Shown one piece after another: positions 23,687-32,000 of a stretch of 32,000 nucleotides of DNA (position 1 is its first letter; each line of letters opens with the position of its first letter). The position numbers and the translations under genes are program-made. The notes under the pieces are model-generated. The model was not told where the DNA came from and did not search any database. It saw nothing but the letters and a program-made list of their open reading frames with translations. The stretch covers positions 630,001-662,000 of the forward strand of contig CP060222.1 in NCBI GenBank assembly GCA_023898425.1. Reading direction: 5' to 3'. The DNA is from Candidatus Saccharimonadota bacterium (GTDB lineage: Bacteria > Patescibacteriota > Patescibacteriia > 2-12-FULL-60-25).

Positions 23687-24697
23687 CTATAAAGGACAAT
23701 TGCCTTGCGTAGGCGCAATACGGTACCAAGTCATTCCCCAGACCCAGCTTTGACCTCCGCCCATGTAGCCATAGAGTAGCTGCTGGTAACTCACGTACTG
23801 CTGGATACCATAGTATGGATCCATGACGGTGTAGGTGTATTGACCTGGTCCATGATATTGCATGCCCGTAACAAGTACGACATGCCCAGCAAACGAACTC
23901 TGGTACCCAATCTCAACCGGCCTCCTATTTGCTATCTCATTTATAAGAGCCTGCTCACTAATTGCGCTCGATATAAACTGAACATTCAAATTAAACGTCT
24001 GTTGTATAAGGTAGGTGATCTCCGACGTTTGAGCTGGAGTATTACAGGGCTGATATGAACAAGCTGCGTAATTACAACACGTATTCAGATCAGGAAAACC
24101 TGCCTTGTAGGACATTAACGTACACTGACTCGCAAAGCTATTGAAATAGCCGGCCAACATCGTCATGCACGCAGACCAACACCACTGCGTACAGGATTGT
24201 TGCATGTAGTTCGCGCCTGTAAAAAGCTCCAAGTCTGAATTCGGCGCTTGATTTTGCGCCCAACAATCAGAGACTTGGCAGTCACTGGAGCAATTTTCAT
24301 TGAACTGACAGATACCGTCACCGCAATACCCCATTACTGAGGCACAGTCGCTACATGAAGCCGTTTCTGTTGCGGGATCACAATACCCATCACCGCAGTA
24401 TCCTGATGGAGCGCAGTCAGTAGCGCAGGTCGCAACACGTTCACGTGAAGGGTCGCAATACCCATCACCGCAATACCCGTCACTCATACAGTCTGCGGGG
24501 CAAGTGGTCATTTCTGACCCCTGACAAATATTGTCACCACAATTCGCACTAACTCTTTCGCAGTCTATAGCGCAAATCCCTATCTCATCGGTTTGACAAA
24601 TCCCGTCACCGCAGTAAGGGTCCTCATAGCAGCTCGAAATAAAAACACTCAAAAAGAGTGCCGTTACAAACGTTATTCGTCTTTCGTGACTCAGCAT
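23687..24697 (-). CDS. Cysteine-rich lipoprotein: five CGDGxC...C..DC modules plus a C-terminal papain-fold (C39/C70/CHAP-like) Cys-His domain
   Basis: The lipobox is LSVFISS-C23. Repeats span C29-C46, C53-C70, C76-C95, C101-C118 and C125-C140. The C-terminal domain has MQQSCTQWCWSACMTMLAGYF (Gln/Cys), FAGHVVLVTG (His) and TVMDPYYG (Asp), in the order typical of papain-fold peptidases. Confidence 0.75.
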   Translation of the reverse strand: MLSHERRITFVTALFLSVFISSCYEDPYCGDGICQTDEIGICAIDCERVSANCGDNICQGSEMTTCPADCMSDGYCGDGYCDPSRERVATCATDCAPSGYCGDGYCDPATETASCSDCASVMGYCGDGICQFNENCSSDCQVSDCWAQNQAPNSDLELFTGANYMQQSCTQWCWSACMTMLAGYFNSFASQCTLMSYKAGFPDLNTCCNYAACSYQPCNTPAQTSEITYLIQQTFNLNVQFISSAISEQALINEIANRRPVEIGYQSSFAGHVVLVTGMQYHGPGQYTYTVMDPYYGIQQYVSYQQLLYGYMGGGQSWVWGMTWYRIAPTQGNCPL

Positions 24698-24758
24698 CGC
24701 TCTACTCCTTGAAAGTACCGAGGTAGATGCTACTAAAAACTTAGAAAAAATTCAAATA

Positions 24759-25199
24759 CTATCGCAACCAAACCTCTCTTACGCATTCATCCATATCAGC
24801 AACAAGGGGTAGTTCTAATGCTTCTTCTGCGGTTACCCAGGCATGCGATTGGTGTTCGTTCTCATCTAAGCTTAGTTCGGGCTCTGTTTCGATATGAATA
24901 CGATACATGTGATATTCAAACTGTTTTTCTTTACCATCGATCGTCACATAGCCTGCGCCTAGCTCCTCTAGATCGGCGATCTCAAAATGAAGGCCTGTCT
25001 CTTCGCGGACTTCTCGCAAGACTGCTTCAGCCGGTGACTCCCCTTCGTCAATCCCGCCTCCAGGCGCTCCCCAATGTGAGGCGAAACTCTCGTCATGCAC
25101 GGCACGCTGCAAAAGCAAAAAGCGACCCTCAAACGATAAAAAACATCCCGCCACTCGAAAAGATGGGTTAAAAGCCTCAGGTTTCGTAAAAACGATCAT
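24759..25199 (-). CDS. NUDIX hydrolase
   Basis: The Nudix box is GGGIDEGESPAEAVLREVREETGL. ATG 25199 is preceded by gagg 7 nt upstream. The longer track ORF (to 25355) runs antisense across tRNA-Asp. Confidence 0.88.
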   Translation of the reverse strand: MIVFTKPEAFNPSFRVAGCFLSFEGRFLLLQRAVHDESFASHWGAPGGGIDEGESPAEAVLREVREETGLHFEIADLEELGAGYVTIDGKEKQFEYHMYRIHIETEPELSLDENEHQSHAWVTAEEALELPLVADMDECVREVWLR

Positions 25200-25232
25200 A
25201 GATAACCTCAAAATATCATGTTTTCTCGGCTC

Positions 25233-25261
25233 TTGCATCCCCCTAAAAAACCTGCTATTGT
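25233..25261 (+). promoter_or_regulatory. Possible promoter for tRNA-Asp (TTGCAT-17 nt-TATTGT)
   Basis: TTGCAT lies at 25233-25238, followed by a 17-nt spacer and TATTGT at 25256-25261. This is 16 nt upstream of the tRNA. Confidence 0.4.
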
Positions 25262-25277
25262 GGCGCCACAAATCTAT

Positions 25278-25354
25278 GGGTTCGTGGTGTAGCTGGTTAA
25301 CACGTCTCCCTGTCACGGAGAAGACCGAGGGTTCGAGTCCCTTCGGACCCGCCA
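25278..25354 (+). tRNA. tRNA-Asp (anticodon GUC), CCA encoded
   Basis: Manual cloverleaf: acceptor GGGTTCG/CGGACCC, D arm GTGT/ACAC, anticodon stem TCTCC/GGAGA with loop CTGTCAC, T arm GAGGG-TTCGAGT-CCCTT, discriminator G, then CCA. Confidence 0.95.
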
Positions 25355-25362
25355 TAGAAAAA

Positions 25363-25385
25363 CATCCCCGAAAGGGGGTGTTTTT
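25363..25385 (+). terminator. Intrinsic terminator after tRNA-Asp
   Basis: catcccc-gaaa-gggggtg is followed by tttttgtttg. Confidence 0.7.
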
Positions 25386-25415
25386 GTTTGTATTCTAAAA
25401 TCGTCACTGTATGCT

Positions 25416-26276
25416 ATGCTTTTCTCTATGATTCGAGATACATTGCGATTATATCTCTCTCGCCTCTTTGTCCTTCTTGGAGTGTTCTTTGCGGTATTTC
25501 TTCTTTGGCAGACAACAAAGCAAGTGCCTACAACAGGAGACTGGCAATCGCCGTTTACGCGACTTTCAACCGCAGAGTTTAATGATGATCTTGTTACAGT
25601 AAAAAATGTTCGTAACTTTCGTTATAATGGCTCAGAGACAGAAGACAGCATCATCCCAAACTACTACGACAAAACGTATGACCTTACGAAGCTTACCAAG
25701 GTTTGGTATGTCAGCGAGCCCTTTAAAAACAATAATCTTGCAGCGCACACCTTTTTATCTTTCGAGTTTTCTAATGGTGATTTTTTAAGTATTACCATCG
25801 AAGCACGCAAATTAAAGGGTCAAAAATATAGCTTAGCAAAAGGAGCGATCCGTACATATCCTTTGATCTACATAGCTGCTGACGAAAGAGACGCGTTTCT
25901 TGTACGTACAAATACCAGAAAGGGTGAGCTTTATCTCTATCCTGTACGCACCGAGAAAGGACGTGAGCTTTTCGTAAGTTTATTGGAAGAAATGAATAGT
26001 CTTGCCATAAAACCTCAGTGGTACAATACCATCACAGATAATTGCACATCCCGAATTGCAGAACATGTGAACCGAGTCACAAATGGGCGTATCCCCAATC
26101 AACCTTGGCAAGGGTTTGTCACCGGTTATGCGGATGTTTTCGCTCTAGAACACGGTTTGCTCGATACCGATCTCACCATCGAAAAGGCTCGTGAAAAATA
26201 CTCCATTACCAAACACTCGCAAGAGATTGGTGACGTTGAAGATTATTCTCAAAAAATAAGACAATTTGAAGAATAA
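25416..26276 (+). CDS. DUF4105 (Lnb N-terminal-like) domain membrane protein
   Basis: An N-terminal TM is followed by VKNVRNFRY, AAHTFLSFEFSNGDFLSITIEARK, YIAADERDAFLVRTNTRKGELYLYPV and TDNCTSRI. I recalled the pattern from DUF4105 family members; it is not verified by search. Confidence 0.6.
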   Translation: MLFSMIRDTLRLYLSRLFVLLGVFFAVFLLWQTTKQVPTTGDWQSPFTRLSTAEFNDDLVTVKNVRNFRYNGSETEDSIIPNYYDKTYDLTKLTKVWYVSEPFKNNNLAAHTFLSFEFSNGDFLSITIEARKLKGQKYSLAKGAIRTYPLIYIAADERDAFLVRTNTRKGELYLYPVRTEKGRELFVSLLEEMNSLAIKPQWYNTITDNCTSRIAEHVNRVTNGRIPNQPWQGFVTGYADVFALEHGLLDTDLTIEKAREKYSITKHSQEIGDVEDYSQKIRQFEE

Positions 26277-26320
26277 TACCTTGTGTACGCTATCCTATTC
26301 TTTCATGCTAGCCTTTATTT

Positions 26321-26734
26321 ATGTTGATTCTTATCCGACACGGTTCTTACTCTATCCGTGATGGCTCGCTAGATGAGCTTGGGATTGCGCAGGCAAAAGC
26401 CATCGGTGATTACCTATCAGGGCAGGTGAAGCCTACGGTCATCTTTCACTCCCCTGCCCAACGAACAACCGAGATGGCGCGCATTATTGCCGATCGACTC
26501 CATGTACAAACCGAAGTCGATTTAAGCTTAGCCGAAACAAGCAATCCGCTAAGTTATGGTCCACCGTTTTTAGATAATACCTATACGATCGCCGTCACAC
26601 ATTTGCCGACCATAAGAAATATCTTTCGTCTTTGGGCAATACATTGGAATATCGTCCCGCCTGTAGAAATACCCATCGCAAGCGTCTTTCTCATAGACCG
26701 CACTACGCAATCAATACAAAAACTCTCCGACTAA
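26321..26734 (+). CDS. Histidine phosphatase superfamily protein (SixA/PGAM-like, short form)
   Basis: MLILIRHGS contains the RHG catalytic motif. HSPAQRTTEMA and AVTHLP (second His) are also present. 137 aa. Confidence 0.65.
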   Translation: MLILIRHGSYSIRDGSLDELGIAQAKAIGDYLSGQVKPTVIFHSPAQRTTEMARIIADRLHVQTEVDLSLAETSNPLSYGPPFLDNTYTIAVTHLPTIRNIFRLWAIHWNIVPPVEIPIASVFLIDRTTQSIQKLSD

Positions 26735-26746
26735 CGGAGAGTTTTT
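26718..26746. terminator. Bidirectional intrinsic terminator (histidine phosphatase gene and pyk)
   Basis: aaaaactctccg-actaa-cggagagttttt overlaps the TAA stop of the plus-strand gene. It lies 13 nt from the pyk stop. Confidence 0.7.
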
Positions 26747-26758
26747 AGTTGCATGGTT

Positions 26759-28192
26759 TTATACGGTACGCAGCTCAATCATATTGATGCTACCTGATGC
26801 CATACTTGGGTCACCTGCGACAACGATGATCATGTCTCCCTTTGCCACAAGCTTTGCTTTTACCAAGATATTCATAGACTCGTCGACAAGCTCACGGTAA
26901 TCACCATCATGATCGACGTGGAAGGCCTGTACACCCCACGAAAGCCCCAGTTGTCGTATAACGCGCTCAGAAGGCGTGACAGCGTAAATAGGGAGTTGTG
27001 GACGGTACCTGCTAACAAAGCGTGCCGATGCACCCGATCTCGTTGCCACAACGATAGCTCGTGCATTTGTTGTGCGAGCAAGAACGGATGCCATATTTGT
27101 CATAGCTTCTTGAGCATTGTCCGCAATCTCGATTGTTGCTGGCATATCGTCCATGGTTGATTCTTCGACTTCGTGAATGGTTGCTGCCATAGCACGCACT
27201 GACTCAGCAGGATAACTCCCCGAAGCGGTTTCGCCCGACAACATCGTGGCGTCCGTATGACTCACAACAGCGTTGGCGATATCCGAAACTTCTGCGCGTG
27301 TTGCACGCGGATTACGAATCATCGAGTCGAGCATTTGCGTTGCTACGATCACCGGCTTACCAACTTCTAAACAGCGTTCGATAAGCTGCTTTTGGATAAA
27401 TGGGACCTTTTCTGCCGGCATCTCAATACCAAGATCTCCACGTGCCACCATCACACCGTCGGCGGCCTCGATGATTTCATCCATCGCCCGCACAGCTTCT
27501 GGTTTTTCGATTTTGACAATGATTTTTGTAGGAACATCATTTATGATATTGTGCTTTTTTTCTGCCGCTTCAATGAGCGTTCTTAACTCACGTACATCCT
27601 CTGCTTTACGCACAAATGAAAGCGCAAAAAAATCGACATTTTGTTGAACGCCAAACTCGACGTCTTCACGATCCTTGTCTGGAATGGCGGAAATTTTTGT
27701 TTCTGTTTCTGGAAGGTTAAGACCTTTGCTGGATTTTAGAAGTCCACCAACAATCACTGTGCAATGCACATGAATACCTTCTACCTTTGTTACTTGTACT
27801 TCGAGTAACCCATCATCCAATAAAAGACGCTGGCCAGGTTTTACGTCCTCATGCAAGTTTGGATAGGTAACAGGGATAAGCTTGGTTGCGTCTACAGATG
27901 TTGCTTCTGAGGTAAAGATCACTTCGTTACCAGCAACAAGTTCGATACCGTCACCGATCTTACCAACACGAATTTTAGGACCCTGTAGATCCGCTAAAAG
28001 CGCAAGCGGTTTACCTGTTGCTTTTGATACTTCGCGAATAAGTCCAATGAGCTTGGCGTGATCCTCGTGTGTGCCGTGTGAAAAATTTAAACGACAAACA
28101 TCCATGCCTTCGGTTACGAGCTTGGTGAGCATTTCTGCTGTATGACTGGATGGACCGATGGTGCAAACAATTTTTGTGCGCTTTTGTGCCAT
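26759..28192 (-). CDS. pyk: Pyruvate kinase
   Basis: KIVCTIGPSS, MDVCRLNFSHG, MVARGDLGIEMP and ATQMLDSM. 477 aa. Confidence 0.96.
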   Translation of the reverse strand: MAQKRTKIVCTIGPSSHTAEMLTKLVTEGMDVCRLNFSHGTHEDHAKLIGLIREVSKATGKPLALLADLQGPKIRVGKIGDGIELVAGNEVIFTSEATSVDATKLIPVTYPNLHEDVKPGQRLLLDDGLLEVQVTKVEGIHVHCTVIVGGLLKSSKGLNLPETETKISAIPDKDREDVEFGVQQNVDFFALSFVRKAEDVRELRTLIEAAEKKHNIINDVPTKIIVKIEKPEAVRAMDEIIEAADGVMVARGDLGIEMPAEKVPFIQKQLIERCLEVGKPVIVATQMLDSMIRNPRATRAEVSDIANAVVSHTDATMLSGETASGSYPAESVRAMAATIHEVEESTMDDMPATIEIADNAQEAMTNMASVLARTTNARAIVVATRSGASARFVSRYRPQLPIYAVTPSERVIRQLGLSWGVQAFHVDHDGDYRELVDESMNILVKAKLVAKGDMIIVVAGDPSMASGSINMIELRTV

Positions 28193-28203
28193 AGTGGGCT
28201 ATT

Positions 28204-29397
28204 TTACCTTATTTCTTTACGTTCTTCAAGGGTCATCTTTAACTCTTTTTCTTCTCCAGCACGGAATATTTTAAGCGTGATCTCATCTCCTGGCGAAAAT
28301 CTTGCGACTTGCGAACTTAGAGGATGTTTAATGTCTAGTCTCTTTCCATTCAATTCAAGTAAGAGATCGTTTTCTTTTAAGCCCGCCTTATCTGCTGGTG
28401 ACCCTGGGATAATAGCTAGGTCACCTCGTATCTGACCGCGTTGTACCAAGGCTCCGTAGGTATACGGTAATGCGTTTCGTTTTGCGTAGTCTGCATCCAC
28501 TTGAATATACCGAACGCCGATCCAAGGTCTGATAATACGACCATACTTACGCATACTATCAACGGCGCGCTGTATAGCATTTGATGGCAAGGCGAAACCT
28601 AAAGACTGAGCTCCGTCAGTAACGGCGGTATTTACACCAATTACGCGTCCCTGCAAATCAATAAGCGGACCACCCGAATTACCAGGGTTGATAGCCGCAT
28701 CCGTTTGGATCGCCTCTTCGATAAGCTCCTCACCTGCGCTACCACTTGCCTCTAAACGGCGGTCGAGACCTGAAACAATCCCCTTTGTTACTGTATTCTG
28801 AAACTCTGCCAAGGCATTGCCGATAGCAATGACGGTTTGACCAATACGAATTTGATCACTATCCCCTAACTCAATAGCAGGAAAATTTGACCCTTCAATT
28901 TTTAAAAAACCGAGGTCAAGCACTGGATCGATCCCAGCTACGGTTGCCTCATACTCTGTGCCGTCCTGGGTCACAACGACGTACGAAGCCTCTGTATCAT
29001 CAATCACATGACGGTTGGTCACAATAAGGCCATCACCTGATACAAAAAATCCAGAACCACCACCAATACGTAATAGCTCATCATCTCCACCATTGTCTAA
29101 GACAAAATCATCTGTATAAAAATCATTGGCTTTACGCGTATCTTTTAGCGATTTTGAAATATCGATCGAGACAACTGATGGCGAAACCTTCGCAACAAGC
29201 TCGGCAACAATATCGTCTTGTTCAATAACGGTTGCAGAACCGACACCGTACCCTCCTTTTGTAAGAGTAAACGCTGGGGTTTCTTGCGTATTCCATGATG
29301 ACAACAATCTGGGCTGCAACGCCACAATCGTAGCGCCGCTTGCGCCTCCGATGATACTTGCCCCCAAAAGCGAGGCGACGAGATATTTTGTTTTCAT
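28204..29397 (-). CDS. htrA: HtrA/DegP-family serine protease with a PDZ domain, membrane-anchored
   Basis: It has an N-terminal TM and the catalytic residues TNRHV (His), DLGFLKI (Asp) and GNSGGPL (Ser). A C-terminal PDZ domain follows (GSPADKAGLKENDLLLELNGKRL). Confidence 0.93.
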   Translation of the reverse strand: MKTKYLVASLLGASIIGGASGATIVALQPRLLSSWNTQETPAFTLTKGGYGVGSATVIEQDDIVAELVAKVSPSVVSIDISKSLKDTRKANDFYTDDFVLDNGGDDELLRIGGGSGFFVSGDGLIVTNRHVIDDTEASYVVVTQDGTEYEATVAGIDPVLDLGFLKIEGSNFPAIELGDSDQIRIGQTVIAIGNALAEFQNTVTKGIVSGLDRRLEASGSAGEELIEEAIQTDAAINPGNSGGPLIDLQGRVIGVNTAVTDGAQSLGFALPSNAIQRAVDSMRKYGRIIRPWIGVRYIQVDADYAKRNALPYTYGALVQRGQIRGDLAIIPGSPADKAGLKENDLLLELNGKRLDIKHPLSSQVARFSPGDEITLKIFRAGEEKELKMTLEERKEIR

Positions 29398-29412
29398 AGT
29401 GTAATAGGTTCG

Positions 29413-29898
29413 TTATTTTTTTGAGGTGCGTTTTTTACGTTGCATTGCTGCTTCTGTTAAACGGTCTAATGTATCTTGAAACGTTTTTACGTCTTCAAAT
29501 TGTCGATACACTGAGGCAAAACGGATAAAAGCAACTTTATCAAAACCTTGCATGTGTTTCATGACAATTTCGCCAATATCTGAGCTACGTATTTCGTGAC
29601 CGTCTACACGTAAAATATCACGTTCTATGTCATGAACGAGCGAACGAAAAGCACTTTCGATATACGGACGTTTTTCTAATGCACGCTTAAGTCCACGGAC
29701 CAGCTTTTCGCGTGAGTATGGCTCTTGTACGCCGTCACGCTTAACGACAGCAACGGTAAGTAATTCGATTTCTTCGCCTGTGGTAAAGCGATAGCTACAT
29801 TCATCGCATTGTCGACGACGTCGAATAGACGTCCCATCTTGCGAAAGACGTGTATCGATCACGCGCGTATCGGCATGATTGCATACCGGACAATGCAT
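29413..29898 (-). CDS. nrdR: Transcriptional repressor NrdR (zinc ribbon plus ATP-cone)
   Basis: MHCPVCNHADTRVIDTRLSQDGTSIRRRRQCDECSYRFTT is followed by an ATP-cone. Confidence 0.95.
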   Translation of the reverse strand: MHCPVCNHADTRVIDTRLSQDGTSIRRRRQCDECSYRFTTGEEIELLTVAVVKRDGVQEPYSREKLVRGLKRALEKRPYIESAFRSLVHDIERDILRVDGHEIRSSDIGEIVMKHMQGFDKVAFIRFASVYRQFEDVKTFQDTLDRLTEAAMQRKKRTSKK

Positions 29899-29903
29899 GG
29901 ATC

Positions 29904-31430
29904 TTACATCATCTTTTTACGGATGAAGGCAGGGATTTCTAGCTCGTCTTCTTCGGAGGTAGGCGTTGGAGATTTTTTTGGTGCTGCTGGTGTCTGAGAA
30001 AAGCCCGTTGGTGACTGACGAGGATTCATTGGAGCGTAGGTTGGCTGAGCAACATGCGGCTGTCTTGGCGCAGGAGATGGTGCTGGCTTTGCTACTGGCT
30101 CTATTGGTGGAAGCTCTTCTTCGTATTCTTCTTCGTCTTCTTCAAGATCCTCTTGTTGACCGTGCTGTTGCGTAAGGCCACCTAAAACCTGTCTAAAGAA
30201 TCCTCCACGTGACTCTTGTTGTGGTGGCATCTGTGGTCTTGGCTGAGCAATTGGAGCACGCTCAAGCGGAGCTACAGGCTCTTGTGGCATTGGTTGCGCT
30301 GCTGGCGCTTGGGACATTGAACGCGGCGAGTAGTGTTGTTGCGGCGCCTGTGTTGGGGCTGGTGTCGGAGCAGCTGCAGGCGCAGAATTCATCGCTGACT
30401 GTTGAGCCGGCGTCTGAGGAGGAACCTGTTGCGGAATAGGTGCCGAAACTTTTGATCCTTTGCTTGAAATCGGCAAGCCTTTTTCGAAGCCCGTTGCGAC
30501 GACGGTAATTTTGACCTCGTCCTTCATGCCTTCGTCCACGGTTGTACCAAAAATAATACGCGCCTGTGGATCTGCGGATTGTGTGATGATTTTCGCCGCC
30601 TCTGAAACTTCGTACATTCCGAGATTTGAGCCACCCGTAATTACAAAGAGAATGGCTTTTGCTCCATCAATAGAAACTTCAAGCAATGGTGAGGCGATCG
30701 CTGCTTTTGCCGCATCTCCCGCACGATTATCACCATGACCACGACCAATACCCATTAAGGCGCTACCACGATTTGCCATAACCGAACGTACATCGGCAAA
30801 ATCCACGTTAATCAAACCAGGTACGGTAATAAGTTCTGAAATACCCTGAACACCCTGTCTTAATACATCATCAACCGTTTCGAAAGCTTCGATAAGTGAA
30901 GTGCGACGATCAATAATTTGTAAAATACGATCATTGGGGATTGTGATGATTGTATCTACATTGGCTGCAAGTTTTTCGTAGGCTTGATCTGCAATCGTAC
31001 GACGTTGTGCTCCTTCAAAAGCAAAAGGTTTTGTGACAACAGCGACCGTAAGTGCGCCCAATTCTTTTGCAACTTGTGCGATATAAGGACTAGCACCAGA
31101 ACCAGTACCACCACCTAGACCACAGGTAATAAAGACCATGTCTGCGCCTTTGAGCGCTTCGCGAATTTCGTTTTGGCTTTCTTCGGCAGCTTTAAAACCC
31201 ATTTCTGGATCCATACCTGCACCAAGACCACGCGTGACTGTTTTGCCCACGTGGATTTTGTGTTGTGCCATGGAGTGATGCAAAGCTTGCACATCCGTAT
31301 TCATCGCAATAAATTCAACGCCGCGGATTTTAGACGCGACCATACGATTAATCGAAGATCCGCCGGAACCTCCGACGCCAACGACTTTGATTTTGGCAAA
31401 GGTTTCAATTTCAGGTTTGACTTCGGCCAT
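29904..31430 (-). CDS. ftsZ: Cell division protein FtsZ with a long Pro/Gln/Ala-rich linker
   Basis: GVGGSGGSSINRM and GLGGGTGSGASP (the tubulin signature). The C-terminal peptide is DELEIPAFIRKKM. A low-complexity linker of about 170 aa lies between the core and the tail. Confidence 0.97.
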   Translation of the reverse strand: MAEVKPEIETFAKIKVVGVGGSGGSSINRMVASKIRGVEFIAMNTDVQALHHSMAQHKIHVGKTVTRGLGAGMDPEMGFKAAEESQNEIREALKGADMVFITCGLGGGTGSGASPYIAQVAKELGALTVAVVTKPFAFEGAQRRTIADQAYEKLAANVDTIITIPNDRILQIIDRRTSLIEAFETVDDVLRQGVQGISELITVPGLINVDFADVRSVMANRGSALMGIGRGHGDNRAGDAAKAAIASPLLEVSIDGAKAILFVITGGSNLGMYEVSEAAKIITQSADPQARIIFGTTVDEGMKDEVKITVVATGFEKGLPISSKGSKVSAPIPQQVPPQTPAQQSAMNSAPAAAPTPAPTQAPQQHYSPRSMSQAPAAQPMPQEPVAPLERAPIAQPRPQMPPQQESRGGFFRQVLGGLTQQHGQQEDLEEDEEEYEEELPPIEPVAKPAPSPAPRQPHVAQPTYAPMNPRQSPTGFSQTPAAPKKSPTPTSEEDELEIPAFIRKKMM

Positions 31431-31560
31431 AGATTGAGTACATCAGAGGTTCAAAAAGAGTGATAACTAAGAGAAAAATCGTTCCTACCTATTACGTTAC
31501 GCACCGGGGTGGATCGGGTCAAGACGGATCCGTCAAGGGTACGTCCTTAGAGGGGATTAC

Positions 31561-32000
31561 CTATGGAATGAACGATTTAAAGATCTTTTTTAGTGGTCCG
31601 CCGACCTTTTTTAGCAATTGGTCACCACTTGCAACAGCACTTGAGCGAATACCTTGAGCACCACGCTCATCTTCGTATCCCCATTGCAAGAGACTGATTA
31701 CCGTAGCATAGGCAGGATCTTTTGCGATTTCGATAAGTGGCGTGTGGATAGTGGAGCCTGAAGCGACAACAGCTGGTAAGCGCAATACTCGTCGCGCTAC
31801 GTCTACAATACCACGTGTTTTTGCGCCACCGCCCGTGATAACAACACCAGCCGATAACATTCCTGAACGGCCAATTTTTTGGAGCTCTTCTTCTATTTTT
31901 TCAAAAATTTCTTCTAAACGCGCAACAGCGATATCTGAAATATAACGCGGGTAAGCAAATTCAGATTCTGGCGCACCCAGCTCTTGCAGATCAATCGCCT
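31561..32000 (-). CDS. ftsA: Cell division protein FtsA (C-terminal part; the 5' end lies beyond the right window edge)
   Basis: The frame stays open upstream of the track Met to position 32000 (..AIDLQELGAPESEFAYPRYISDIAVARLEEIFEKIEEELQKIGRSGMLSAGVVITGGGAKTRG..). The C-terminal amphipathic tail is GGPLKKIFKSFIP. Confidence 0.9.
   Translation of the reverse strand, partial: AIDLQELGAPESEFAYPRYISDIAVARLEEIFEKIEEELQKIGRSGMLSAGVVITGGGAKTRGIVDVARRVLRLPAVVASGSTIHTPLIEIAKDPAYATVISLLQWGYEDERGAQGIRSSAVASGDQLLKKVGGPLKKIFKSFIP

Noticed and set aside
25200-25355. N-terminal 52-aa extension of the Nudix ORF.
   Set aside because: It runs antisense across the tRNA-Asp gene (25278-25354). The internal ATG at 25199 has a GAGG ribosome-binding site and gives a normal-size Nudix protein.
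1-32000. I looked for CRISPR arrays, long direct or inverted repeats, and IS, integrase or phage genes. I also looked for toxin-antitoxin pairs and defence-system hallmarks such as nucleases, helicases, methyltransferases and reverse transcriptases.
   Set aside because: I could recognise none by eye. The only repeats are the paralogous N-domains (19556-19928 and 21053-21428), the twin palindromes at 5793-5868, and low-complexity Pro/Thr or Pro/Gln coding tracts.

Overview
This window looks like a compact core-genome segment of a small-genome bacterium. I infer a CPR/Patescibacteria-like lineage from a split transketolase, a eukaryote-like type-2 IleRS, a ProRS without the INS editing domain, RNase Y, and many cysteine-rich or TSP3-like surface proteins; this is not proven. 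I call 29 protein genes, two of them partial at the window edges. They cover translation (infB, truB, proS, ileS), RNA decay (rny), redox (trxA, trxB), HU, Hsp20, the non-oxidative pentose-phosphate pathway (rpiB, rpe, split tkt), pyk, and a tight ftsA-ftsZ-nrdR-htrA-pyk string. There are also two tRNAs (Lys-CUU, Asp-GUC) and many hairpin terminators between convergent genes. I found no CRISPR array, transposase, integrase, prophage or recognisable defence system, and I cannot point to a clear multi-gene novel system. The best candidates for a second look are: (1) an unclassified, highly structured ~135-nt small RNA with a consensus promoter and its own terminator (5595-5772); (2) a lipoprotein combining five CGDGxC disulfide modules with a papain-fold Cys/His domain; (3) tandem secreted paralogs inserted in the pentose-phosphate cluster, one with a ligand-less cupredoxin-like domain; (4) an apparent compensated frameshift in the infB G domain; (5) a giant Cys-rich secreted protein, absent from the ORF track, whose best start is out of frame.
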